Positions 1-12,007 of a stretch of 64,000 bases of DNA are shown here, piece by piece. The DNA is from Macrostomum lignano (lineage: Eukaryota): assembly GCA_002269645.1 (NCBI GenBank), contig NIVC01000260.1:372001-436000 (forward strand). Reading direction: 5' to 3'. The position numbers were made by a program, and so were the translations under genes. The notes beneath the pieces are model-generated. The model worked only from the letters and a program-made list of their open reading frames with translations, was not told where the DNA came from and did not search any database. Each line of letters opens with the position of its first letter. The first letter of the stretch is position 1.

Positions 1-603
1 GCGCCCTCACTGTAGCTGGCGCCTCCTCTGTAGCTGGCGCCCTCTCTGTAGCTGGCGCCTCCTCTGTAGCTGGCGCCCCCTCTGTAGCTGGCGCCCTCAC
101 TGTAGCTGGCACCCTCACTGTAGCTGGCGCCCCCCTCTGTAGCTGGCTCCCCCATTTTAGCTGGCGCCTCCTCTGTAGCTGGCGCCCTCATTGTAGCTGG
201 CGCCCTCATTGTAGCTGGCACCCCCTCTGTAGCTGGCGCCCTCATTGTAGCTGGCGCCCTCATTGTAGCTGGCACCCCCTCTGTAGCTGGCGCCCTCATT
301 GTAGCTGGCGCCCTCATTGTAGCTGGCGCCCTCATTGTAGCTGGCGCCCTCATTGTAGCTGGCGCCCCCTCTGTAGCTGGCGCCCTCACTGTAGCTGGCG
401 CCCTCATTGTAGCTGGCACCCCCCTCTGTAGCTGGCGCCCTCACTGTAGCTGGCGCCCTCATTGTAGCTGGCGCCCCCCTCTGTAGCTGGCGCCCCCTCT
501 GTAGCTGGCGCCCTCACTGTAGCTGGCGCCCCTCATTGTAGCTGGCGCCCCCTCTGTAGCTAGCACCCTCTCTGTACCTGCGCCCCATCTGTAGCTGGCG
601 CCT
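1..603. repeat. 18-20 bp minisatellite (TGTAGCTGGCGCCCTCAT-like), truncated by the window start
   Basis: About 30 visible tandem copies; source of the YNEGAS/YRGGAS ORF artefacts. Confidence 0.95.
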
Positions 604-787
604 CCAAAACCAGGAAAGCAGGTTCTACTATAATGGAAAATATTTCGCAGTCTTACTGCATGATGGCCAACTCCCATGACATTAAGCTTCAGACTGTCGG
701 GTTGCGGGTGATAGCTGTTATGATAGATCGACGAACTGTCGTACTGTAGCAATTTGATTATTTCACAAATCCCCAAACTCGCTATAG

Positions 788-1638
788 CAACCCCAACAGA
801 ATGTCCGACTCGAGTGCACCGGACGGACCAGGCGCTTGGCCAGAATACGACGCGATCAACCGCAAGCACATTGTTCTCAAGGCCAGGTCGCCCACTAGCA
901 GGGGATTTCAAATTGGCGAAAACTTGCGCAAAAGGCAGTGCAATTTTTGGCGTTATCAGGTGCAAAATCTTCGAAATTATACTAATCCGAAGCGTGAGTT
1001 TTTTGGCTCATTTGCCAGAAATGTTTTCTTATATTCCATAACTTATGTACTATAATATAGAGTTGTTTTTTTGTCCGATAGTTAGTCTGGTAGAGCAGGC
1101 AATGTACTGAGTACAGTTAGCATATTTGAGCATAATACAACAGTATGTTTGAGTACAGAGTGCAGTACAGTAGTTATGTTTGAGTACAGAGTGCAGTACA
1201 GTATCATATTTGAGTACAGAGTACATTACAGTAGTTTTGTTTGAGTACAGAGTACAGTGTAGTAGTCTGTTTGAGTACAGAGTACAGTGTAGTAGTCTGT
1301 TTGAGTACAGAGTACAGTGCAGTAGTCTGTTTGAGTACAGAGTACAGTGTAGTAGTCTGTTTGAGTACAGAGTACAGTGCAGTAGTCTGTTTGAGTACAG
1401 AGTACAGTAAAATAGTCTAGTAGAGTACACTTATAAATGGAGCCGTGGCATGGCAAGTCACCTTTGTCAAGCAACCGCCCACCCTCATCTTGCAGCAAAC
1501 TGCTCATCAGGAGTTGGGACTCGTCGTGCTCAAACAGTCGGCCCAACGAAATCGGCGACGTCCAAGCATAGTAGATTTCGAGGCGTCTTCTTAGTTCTGG
1601 TTGGGGCGTTTGAGCTGCTGCGGTTCCTTCATCTATAG
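788..1638 (+). CDS. Last two exons of a type-B carboxylesterase / acetylcholinesterase-like gene with a hydrophobic (GPI-signal-like) C-terminus
   Basis: Exon 788-993 (tatag|C...AAGC|gtgagt) reads NPNRMSD...GAWPEYDAINRKHIVL...IGENLRKRQCNFWRYQV, matching the cholinesterase C-terminal pattern (G)NPN...WP-Y...LR---C-FW. It splices in phase 1 to exon 1496-1638 (cttgcag|CA) giving PNCSSGVG...RGVFLVLVGAFELLRFLHL*. Upstream exons are not seen in the window. Confidence 0.7.
1090..1410. repeat. 30-bp minisatellite (GAGTACAGAGTACAGTGTAGTAGTCTGTTT) in the esterase intron
   Basis: About 10 tandem copies visible. Confidence 0.95.
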
Positions 1639-1747
1639 GTAACCAGCTTTAGTGACAGTTATTAAAAGAGGCATGTGCAGAGATGTCTGGATCCGCGGCC
1701 ACTGTTTGCAAGTTACCAAGGGCATCTTTCAGAAATCCATAAAATAG

Positions 1748-2190
1748 GGGGGCTCCCAGTGGTCTCGCGCCGTACTGATGTGCCAGCGGCCCAGGTTCGA
1801 TTCCACGTGCCAGTCACATTAATTTGGGGCTAAGTTGGAATCTCGGCTTGGCTCTGCTCGTGCAATTAACGGCCTTGAGGGCCAACCCCCCAAGGCACAG
1901 TGAAGTGTACATGACTAAGGATATATAAAGTTAGGGCCGCTGTACACTCCTGTGTGAGTGTGTGCCTGCGTACGTATCCGCGCGCTTGTGTGCCTGCTCA
2001 AGGGGAGTCGGCGGAATGGGGGCAGTAATGCCTCTCGCCGGTTGTGACAATGTCGCTTAAAGTGCGTCAGGGTGCACACAGCCGCCTGCCTCTAACTAAA
2101 AGCTCCCCTCATGCCCGGCTCAGATACAAATAGGCATGCATGACTCAGCATTGAGCGACACCTTTAGGCTTCATATATTCTAATTTGAAT
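1748..2190 (+). mobile_element. tRNA-derived SINE-like element, copy 1 (3' end approximate)
   Basis: A-box-like TCCCAGTGG and B-box GGTTCGATTCC (about 1794-1804), followed by ATTTGGGGCT and AACCCCCCAAGGCACAG. These motifs are shared with copies at 48060-48285 (-) and 50345-50410 (+). Confidence 0.55.
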
Positions 2191-3854
2191 CAGAATGCAT
2201 CATGTACGGCTAATTACAAGTACATGTACATTTAACAGTAGCAAGTTTTTATTACAATTAATAGCTCTAATTTTGATTTTCCAATTTTGGAAACAAATGT
2301 TTCCGATGTCAATAATAACGGACGTACAAAATTTAGGCAATCCTGTGATTTTAGAATTGCTAGTAGATCTATATTCATACATGTGTAAAAAGTCGTTAAA
2401 AATCAGAAGCATAAAAAATGAACTTCAGTTTTAAACTAGTCTTCAGAAGTTTAATGCTGCATAAAATCTTTGTTAGTTGCTACAGTAATTTATGACAGAC
2501 CAAAGCTTTTGGCATAAAAATTAAACGCATAGATTTTGACAATAAAGTTTCGTTAATCCATTTAAGTGTACATCAGCGCCACAAAGTGGGCACCTCAAAA
2601 CGAAAGTTGCACGAATTTAATATTCTTTTATTTAATTTTTTACGCAAAGTCCTGGCGTGTTTTTATCCAAATTATTTTTTATTTCATTTGGTCAAATGTT
2701 TTTACAAATATACGAGGAAATATTATGTTAAAAGTTTGTTTAAATGTAAACGAGAAAACACCGGAATAAAATAAGCAATTAGTAGATAATAGCTCGTTAA
2801 TAAATATACACTTTTTCCAGCAATATCGGTCGCCTCAATAAAACATTTTGCTTCCAAATCGAATGAATTGGATTTCTCTTAGGTTGTAAACATTTTTACG
2901 TGTTTCACCCATTCAACATATGCACTTATTCATAAACTCTGCTATGATTTTTTGCTACACTTTAAATTGTTTTTAAGCTAATTAAACTCGTTTAAAGGTT
3001 GTAATTTGTGCTAACCTGAAATTTTATGCAGTTTGCAACTTTTCATGCTATTTAAATTATGAAACTTTTTGTTTTAAATGCTATTTCCTCGTTTAACATT
3101 TTTGACTGGAATGTGCACCCTACCTGTCTCTGTTTTTACTACTTCGATTTTCCTACAAAATATTAACAAACAGTAATATAATTCAATATATATAGAATAT
3201 AAAATGACTAATCTAGTTTGAAAAAAAACCATTATTTACAGTAAAGCTTTACTCAAATAAAGAGACTGCCCAATAAATGCAGAACTAATTTACCTGTCTC
3301 AAAGTAGATGTGCTGTCTCATTTTAATTTATTCTGAAAACAAAAAAGATTATAGAACAGAAGCCAGTCAGTATATTTCAGAGTAACTAATATATCAGCAG
3401 CTACAGTAGCTCAAAATACTCTATTTATTAATTATTTCCCATGTGTATAAAACTGTTAATATGAACAGTAAAAAATGACTGTGAAGTTAAATAAAAATCA
3501 CAATGATCTGATGCGTGACTATACTCAAGAAGCTGGCTTACATGATAAAAATATGCAATAAGGAAATATTCGCAGTTTAGCATCGAAATTGAATAGTACA
3601 TGCAACTAGTCAATAACATCGACGAAAAATATTGATCTATATCAGTAAAAGTTGTGACAAGACACTGAGGGTTGAACAATAGTTCAATAATAGCTCGGCC
3701 GAAAATGACTTAACAGTTGAATGAGACTCTATTTATTGTTTACGAGATTGGGTACAACAAAATAGTTGAAAAGCAAAACTGCTTCTAGACGCTTGTGTAA
3801 TACTAATTTTATTATTCCGTGAATTATATAGAAGCTAGCTAAATTGAGTGTCAC

Positions 3855-4460
3855 TGGGAAGAGAGTGTAAACGGGGGAGAGAATGGAGGCGATTGTCGCT
3901 TTGATAGCGCGTGTGTACACTAGGGAGAGAGTGGGGTGGTTGTCGCTTTGAGCGCAAGTGTACACTGGGGAGAGAGTGCGGGTGGTTGTCGCTTTGATAG
4001 CGTGTGTACACTAGGGAGAGAGTGGGATGGTTGTCGCTTTGAGCGCAAGTGTACACTGGGGAGAGAGTGCGGGTGGTTGTCGCACTGATAGCGCGTGCGT
4101 ACACTGGGGAGAGAGAGAGTGGTGTGGGTGCCGCTTTGAGCTCGCGAATGTACATGTACACTGAGGAGAGAGTGCGGGTGGTTGTCGCTTTGATAGCGCG
4201 TGTGTACACCGGGGAGAGAGTGGGGGTGGTTGTCGCTTTGATAGCGCGTGTGTACACCGGGGAGAGAGTGGGGGTGGTTGTCGCTTTGATAGCGCGTGTG
4301 TACACCGGGGAGAGAGTGGGGGTGGTTGTCGCTTTGATAGCGCGTGTGTACACCGGGGAGAGAGTGGGGGTGGTTGTCGCTTTGATAGCGCGTGTGTACA
4401 CTAGGAGAGTAGGGTGGTTGTCGCTTTGATAGGGCGTGTAGACTGGGGAGAGAGGGGGTG
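3855..4460. repeat. 48-bp minisatellite (GTACACCGGGGAGAGAGTGGGGGTGGTTGTCGCTTTGATAGCGCGTGT)
   Basis: Period 48 measured between 4203 and 4251; about 12 copies. Confidence 0.95.
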
Positions 4461-4765
4461 GGTATCGCTTAAGTACATACACTGTACTACACGCAATCAA
4501 ATAGCAGGGATGCACTTTGAAGCAGTGGTGTACTTATTATAATTATATTATTATGCATTTTAATAAACAATTATACTGTTGGAATATACGGCGAGTAAAC
4601 ATTTTTTATTAATAATCAAGTATTTGTACACTGAAGTAACAAAAACTAAGCCAAAAAATTGTTTGTATCACAAAAATAAAGCCAAGGTATTGATGCAGGT
4701 TAATCAAGCCACTTAATGCTGCTATGTTATCCAAAATAATTCTGCACTGAAAAAGGACAGCTGAT

Positions 4766-7700
4766 TCAGGCCAGAGCCCGCCTAGCAGCTAAAATATGTT
4801 CTCGCAGCTTCCATTGCAGAGGACAGGCTTTAGCTAGAAAGCTGTGCTCCAACAGTTCCCCAGCGGTTGGCCTTTGTTCGGGATCGACGCTCAGGCACTG
4901 GTCGAGAAAATTAGTCAACTCTGCGCTCATGTTAGCTGGGTCTTTGTAGTCTGGCTTGCCTTTTGTTTGAATGAGATAGATTGCCTGGAATCGAATAATG
5001 AACAGTTTTTTTCTGAAACTCAAATACTTAATTGAGTTTTCTCTCATGACCCCTCGACTAGATCGCTTTTGAGATGAAGTGACATCTAGAGAGTGCATGG
5101 CGTCTGGAGAGTGAAATCTAGGGAGTGACATCTAAAGAGAGTGAAATTTAGGGAGTGACATCTAAAGAGGTGACATCTAAAGAGTGACATCTAGGGAGTG
5201 GGATCTAAAGAGAGTAACGTCTAAGAAGTGACATCTAGAGAGGATGACATCTAGAGAGGATGACATCTAGGGAGTGACATCTAGAGAGGATGACATCTAG
5301 AGAAGATGACATCTAGAGAGGATGACATCTAGAGAGTGACATCTAGAGAGAATGACATCTAGGGAGTGACATCTAGAGAGGATGACATCTAGAGAGTGAC
5401 ATCTAGAGAGAATGACATCTAGGGAGTGACATCTAGAGAGGATGACATCTAGAGAGGATGGCAGCTAGGGAGTGACATCCGGCCTAGTTAACAAAAAAGT
5501 GCCCACCTTAACAGGCAGTTCATGCAGATAAGGCGGCTCGCCCTCCAGCATCTCCAACACGAGTACGCCTAGAGACCAGATGTCCACTTTGCTGTTGTAG
5601 CAGCGAGCCGACTGCCGCTCCACCACCGTCACCATCTCTGGCGCCATCCAGTAGGGTGTGCCGATCTAGGAAAAATAATTTGCTTGCTTTCTAAACTTTA
5701 TCATTTAATGAGAGAAAGCGCGCCAGCAGCTACTTAAAGTAGATTTTAAATTTGTCAACATTTTTCAGGTGAAATAATACACTTCATCGAGAACAGAAAA
5801 ATGAAAGCAAAGAAGGAAGACAGTAAGAGGGGGAGGCAGTGAGAGAGGAAGACAGTAAGAGGGAGACAGTGAGAAAGGGAGACAGTGAAGAGAGGGAGAC
5901 ACTGAGAGAGGGAGACAGTGAGAGAGGGAGACAGTGAGAGAAGGAGACAGTGAAGAGAGGGAGACACTGAGAGAGGGAGACAGTGAGAAAGGGAGACAGT
6001 GAGAAAGGGAGATAGTGAGAGAGGGAGATAGTGAGAGGGAGACAGTGAGAAAAAGAGATAGTGAGAGGGGGACAGAGAGGAAAACAGTGAGAGGGAGACA
6101 GTGAGAGGGAGACAGCGAGAGGGAGACAGTGAGAAAGGAAGAGTGAGAGGGAGACAGTGAGAGAGGGAGACAGTGAGAGAGGGAGACAGTGAGAGGGAGA
6201 CAGTGAGAGAAGGAGACAGTGAGAGGGAGACAGTGAGAGAGGGAGGCAGTGAGAAAAAGAGATAGTGAGAGGGGGACAGAGAGGAAAACAGTGAGAGGGA
6301 GACAGTGAGAGGGAGACAGTGAGAAATGAAGAGTGAGAGGGAGACAGTGAGAGAGGGAGACAGTGAGAGAGGGAGACAGTGAGAGGGAGACAGTAAGAGG
6401 GGGAGGCAGTGAGAGAGGAAGACAGTGAGAGAGGGAGACAGTGAGAAAGGGAGACAGTGAGAGGGAGACAGTGAGAGAAGGAGACAGTGAGAGGGAGACA
6501 GTGAGAGAGGGAGGCAGTGAGAAAAAGAGATAGTGAGAGGGGGACAGAGAGGAAAACAGTGAGAGGGAGACAGTGAGAGGGAGACAGTGAGAAAGGAAGA
6601 GTGAGAGGGAGACAGTGAGAGAGGGAGACAGTGAGAGAGGGAGACAGTGAGAGGGAGACAGTGAGAGGGGGAGGCAGTGAGAGAGGAAGACAGTGAGAGA
6701 GGGAGACAGTGAGAAAGGGAGACAGTGAGAGGGAGACAGTGAGAGGGATACAGTGAGAGGAAGACAGTGAGAGGGAGATAGTGAGAGAGGGAGACAGTAA
6801 GAGGGAGACAGTGAGAAAGGGAGACAGTGAAGAGAGGGAGACAGTGAGAAAGGGAGAGTGAGAGGGAGACAGAGAGGAAAAAAGTGAGAGGGAGACAATG
6901 AGAGGGAGACAGTGAGAGAGGGAGACAGTGAGAGAGGGAGACAGTGAGAGGGAGACAGTGAGAGAAGGAGACAGTGAGAGGGAGACAGTGAGAGAGGGAG
7001 ACAGTGAGAGAGGGAGACAGTGAGAGGGAGACAGTGAGAGGGAGACAGTGAGAGGGAGACAGTGAAAGGGAGACAGTGAGAGGGAGACAGTGAAAGGGAG
7101 ACAGTGAAAGGGAGACAATGAGAGGGAGACAGTGAGAGAGGGAGACAGTGAGAGAGGGAGACAGTGAGAGAGGGAGACAGTAAGAGGGAGACAGTGAGAA
7201 AGGGAGACAGTGAAGAGAGGGAGGCAGTGAGAAAAAGAGATAGTGAGAGGGGGACAGAGAGGAAAACAGTGAGAGGGAGACAGTGAGAAAGGAAGAGTGA
7301 GAGGGAGACAGTGAGAGAGGGAGACAGTGAGAGAGGGAGACAGTGAGAGGGAGACAGTAAGAGGGGGAGGCAGTGAGAGAGGAAGACAGTGAGAGAGGGA
7401 GACAGTGAGAGGGAGACAGTGAGAGGGAGACAGTGAGAGGGAGACAGTGAGAGGGAGACAGTGAGAGGGAGACAGTGAGAGGGAGACAGTGAGAGGGAGA
7501 CAGTGAGAGGGAGACAGTGAGAGGGAGACAGTGAGAGGGAGACAGTGAGAGGGAGACAGTGAGAGGGAGACAGTGAGAGGGAGACAATGCCTCACCCTAG
7601 TGCATCTGTAACTATCATCCGTAGTTAACAGCGCGCAGAATCCGAAATCGGTGACCTTGACCTCGCCGCCGGTGCCCAAAAGTACATTGTCGGATTTTAA

Positions 7701-8859
7701 ATCTCTGTGAATAACTCGATTATGGTGCAAATAGGCGACAGCCTGCAGGCATTCTCTAGCCACGGCGGCTATGATCGGCTCCTGCATCACCGTTTCCATG
7801 GCGACGTCGGTTAAACAACCGCCATCCAAGTATTCCATGACTAGAAGCAGTTCGGCTGATGAGCTGCTAGAACGGTTCAGGTAGGCTCTGATGAAGTTGA
7901 CGATATTGTCGTGTCGGAGTCGCTGCATCGCCGACAGCTCCGTTAGCAGGGCGTCGCGTCGTCTCTGTTGCCTAGCAACCAAGCGCATGCACTTGACCGC
8001 TACGGGACGGTTGGTGACTCGGTCTCGAGCTAGACGCACCGTACCGCTGGCTCTGAGGTGAAGTCAAGGACTAGTCAAATAGAAGGACGGGAGACTACGT
8101 TTCTTGAAAAATGTTAAGGAGGCTGGTTTTCGCCGAACAATACACTACAGAGATAGGAACTTTTCACTTTTTTCATATTAAAATTTTTATTGCTTTCCTT
8201 AAGCCTCCTTAACACTTTCTAAGAAACGTCCTTGGGTGAAGGTTGGAATTGATGCTTCAAGACTCACTGACACTGAGCTGACAGCCCGCTACTCACCCGG
8301 TGCCCAGCACCTCCTGACTCCAGGCGTATTTCGCCTCGAATTCGTCTCCAGCCTTGCCTGGTGCTCCAACGTCCAGCAGGAGGTCCTCGAGCTGGCAAAA
8401 GAACTCGGTCAGGTTCGCCTCTGTCTGCGAGCTGCCGCCAACGGTCCCTGAAGGCGACGAGTCCACAGTCAGTGCCGATCGCTTTCTAACCGGGACGTCA
8501 GCTGCTGGACCTTCGCCGCCATCGCCGGCATCTTCATCAGCCTCATCAGCTGCATCAACGGTGGACGGCGGCCGGCTGCCGCAGCCGCTGTAGAATCGAA
8601 CAGCTTCGGCCACGGCTGTTGGCTGGCGTAGGCGAAGCTCTGAGCTGAACTGCGACTCCAGCCAGAGCCGCCAGGTGTCCGGCAGGCCGATGAACTCGCC
8701 AGTGTCCGGGTCAATCTCGATATGAATTTGGCGCTCAACACTGATTGGTGAGCTGATCTCGAGTGACTGACCGCCGGGCGATGCCAGCTGTGGTGGCGGC
8801 TGCTGCTGCTGCGGGCGAGGACTCGGGCTGCCCCGCCTGCTGCCAAATAATCTGGACAG
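4766..8859 (-). CDS. PAK: Group I p21-activated kinase (STE20/PAK1-3 family), 4 visible exons, 5' start not located
   Basis: Exons 8859-8297, 8052-7596, 5665-5507 and 4984-4766, all GT-AG and phase-consistent. Motifs: [36 protein letters not shown]...AVRFY; LGTG|ASGTV; VAVK; [11 protein letters not shown]; DFGFCA; RCTR|[10 protein letters not shown]; VDIWSLG; GEPPY; LLEHSFL. Confidence 0.93.
5065..5480. repeat. 14-16 bp minisatellite (GACATCTAGAGAGGAT) in the last PAK intron
   Basis: Tandem copies between the exon ending at 4984 and the donor at 5506. Confidence 0.93.
5805..7586. repeat. Purine-rich 14-16 bp minisatellite (GAGAGGGAGACAGT) filling a PAK intron
   Basis: About 1.8 kb array starting about 8 nt after the donor at 7595; source of the SHCLPL/LTVSLS ORFs. 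Confidence 0.97.
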
Positions 8860-11182
8860 CTGAAGTGAATTTGAGAAAAATAAATCATTCACACTTCTGC
8901 GCTAGAATATAGTGTTAAAAATTGAAATTGAAGGTCACTTTAAATTTTGTATTGTATAATTATATAAAAAACTGAACAAAAGAAAAAAATAAAAATGCTA
9001 ATACTTTATAAAGATTCAAGCAATTGATTTGTGTCCTATAAAAAATAATAAACAAAATGGCTTCATCCAAAATTATTGATCAATTAAATGAAAATTGCAA
9101 CTTTTTGAACTTGCAACATTGTCAATCATTGTTAATGAAGTATCTAGTTAGATGTATGCATACTTTTAGATTTAATAGGCCCATTTAATGTAGTATTTAT
9201 ATTGATCTTATTGTTTTTGCCAATGCAAACATTAACCAGTGAATTTAAGTGCATTTTGTCAAAACAAAATTTTTAGGGTAGGTAAATCAAATAACCAACT
9301 TTATAATGAAAATATAAAATATAAAAAATGAAACTATGAAAGGATCAATGATGACAATGAGAAGTATATAATGTATAATACATTATGGTTGGAGTGCTAA
9401 TTGTGAGCTGAGAGAATAAATATAGCTATTTAAGGCATTGATAGCTGTCAGTTTATAATAATAAGCTTTTAAATTAATTCAAGCTGCATATACAAAGTTT
9501 CAGAAATATAATCAAAAGACTCAATAGGCAATTTTGAAAATTGTGCATAAGCTTAAGCTGGGATTAGGCAGAATATTTCAGGGTGGCATTTACATTGTCA
9601 TTTAGTCTATGACTGCAAACTGTTTTTTAATGATTAGATTGCCTTTGGCTTAGCCAATATTGGAGGCTATTCACTACATTTTGTTTTTTTATTTTTTCAA
9701 GGTTTATATATTTTTCTTTTTTATTATGAATTTGTTTTATTAGTTAAATGAGTTACTTGTCCTAAAATATCTGTTGGATGAAACACATTCATTGGTATAA
9801 TGTATAAGTTTGGACTTTGGTAAATATTAATATTGGCATTTACTTTTCATATAGTCTAGTAAACAAGCAACTCCTAGATTTCTATAGTTTTCTGTTTTCT
9901 AATTGCATTACAACTTATTGTTTATGCATCAATATCATCAGAGATATATTTTATTTAACTAGGGATTTATTTTTAAATTTTGTAAATGTATACAAAAGTT
10001 TAATTGGCTAGCCAAGAATATCCAGTGATACTGTGATAGGATGACAAATATTATAAACAATATTAATGATTTTATTTTCATTGGATAGAATAAATTAAAT
10101 CATATAGTAGCATAATAATGTAATTAGATTATCTAGTAATATTATGTTATCTAATTTAATCTATCTAATACTATGGTATGATATTGATATTGATATAATA
10201 TTGATCATATGATATTGATTTATCATGATATTAACTTATCCTTTTATCTTGACTTATCTAATTGTCATTGAAAAATGACTGTTATAAAAAATCAAATTAA
10301 AAACAAAACAAAAAGTTTGATTAACATAATTAGCTACTTTCTAATACTCTAAGCAGTAAAGCAAATATAACAACTGCTAATAAATGGAAATAATTAAATC
10401 AAATGAATTAAACTTGGTTTTTTCAAACTGAACTATATATATTAGCTTAAAGATTTTATATTCTCTTTGTTTTGTTTATTTCAAAATAAAAAAAAGATTA
10501 GATCTATGTAATATCGACATAATAGTGTCGTGTCGACTCGTGTGTAGTAGTACTAATGAATTCAACAATGATAATTTTATGGAAATGGTACACTTAGGTT
10601 AATCAATACAGAATCATATGGAATACACGATTTGAAAAGTCATCAACAGATGCGATGTGATTCACATCTGAAGCAGTCCCCTCACTCCCCTGTGGCTTGT
10701 ATCGAGCTTATAATTTAAACCAATTTGTAAAGAAATTTTGAGCCGATTCTAAGAATGACAACAAGTTCATATAAATATCGTCCCCGATAATTGAAATATC
10801 GCTGAAACAGCTAACCAAAGAGCTAATTAAAGCATCTGCGCAAATGTCTAATACTTTGTCTTGATACAAAGTAAGTGTGTAGTGATTTTCAAACTGCCAT
10901 TTCAATTGCATTTTTAGAACCTACAACGAAATTTTGTGCTTCTCTGAAACCTTTGAGCTTAGTTGAAAGTTGAAAGTTTAATTAAATAAAGATCAACGAT
11001 CGTGTAATTCAACTACACGGGGTCGTGCTAAAAAGCGAAAAAAGAAACCAATTTTCTTCTCAGGACTTCTGTTACTGAAATCAGTTTCTTTTTTTCAAGT
11101 TTTTTATTAGAAAAATTAGAGTTGTCGTTGACTCGTTGCTGAAACAGTTAAGAATTTACGGTGGCCGTTAACGTACAAGTAC

Positions 11183-12007
11183 CTACTTTAAAATTATCTT
11201 CCCCCAGTCGGCATTCATTTCAACTTCCCGTTCGGCTTGTACATCGCCTGTGAATTCAATTAGCCGACAGATCCTATGGCGATGATTGTAGAGCAAGCCA
11301 CTCGTTGGATAGGCATGCCTGACAGCAATCTTCAGACAATGCATAACTGAATCGGCAGCGAAATCATCCGAGTGACAGTATTCCGAAATCTCGTTAAAAT
11401 GTGATCTATGGAAGTTCACTTTGCGCCATAATCCAAATTTCTGTTCAGCTAACTGCAGCTGCTCCACTGGCAAGGCTTCGCAGGTAAACGGGTTCAAATC
11501 GGAGCAGACTTTGTCATTTAGTTGACCGCTGACTAAGTCAACTTCTAAGCAGTTCTCCCAGCCCGCAACGGCATCGTTTGGCTCGCTGCCTCATCCTGGA
11601 TAGTTGGCCGGGAACTCGGAGCCGAAACTGTCGCCAACTGTCACGGGTCGCCAGCCGTCCTTCTGCTTGCCGCGTTCCCTAGCTAAGTCGGACACGCCGA
11701 TCCACGTGGAAAGTTTACCAGTTGTTGAGCCGTTAGAACTCAGCTGCAGCTTGGCTATAGCACTAGGATTAGCTATCAGCCTAGCGCCAAGGTGCCAACA
11801 GTAGCGATTAGCTTGACACCAGGTGAGTCGATGCTGAGTATCCGGCAGCAGCAAGCACCTGTCGCGGTTGCCTCCGTCTCCAGGAACGAACGGTTGACGA
11901 CACAGCTGTTTATCGCCGCTGTTTTTGCTGTGAACTATTGGGTGGAAACGGAGCAAAATGATTAGAAAGTATTGCACTGCACCAATGCGGAATTGAATGG
12001 GTGACAT
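11183..12007 (-). pseudogene. Intronless secreted C-type lectin (EPN) plus C-terminal PAN/apple-like module, interrupted by one in-frame TGA (11591-11593)
   Basis: ORFs 12007-11591 and 11497-11183 share one frame. Signal-like N-terminus, LTWCQANRYC..LGARL, TWIGVSD, then NYPG*GSEPND...ENCLEVD...LNDKVC...FTCE, then YCHSDD...HC...LYNHRHRICRL. Clear paralog of 53292-53990. Pseudogene status is not proven. Confidence 0.75.

Noticed and set aside
459-965. 168-aa minus-strand ORF and other short antisense ORFs over the esterase, PAK, gag-pol, sif and SLC5 exons
   Set aside because: They are shadow frames of GC-rich coding exons or repeats, with no recognisable motifs.
8890-10700. AT-rich stretch with short ORFs (9817-10011) and a possible C/D-box snoRNA near 10560-10670
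   Set aside because: No protein motifs, no exact RUGAUGA C box and no terminal stem; treated as intergenic, intron or outron DNA.
11591-11593. Selenocysteine as the explanation for the lectin TGA codons
   Set aside because: The TGA aligns with Trp rather than Cys in paralog 1 and probably arises from frameshifting deletions in paralog 2. No SECIS-like hairpin was recognised by eye; a SECISearch run would settle it.
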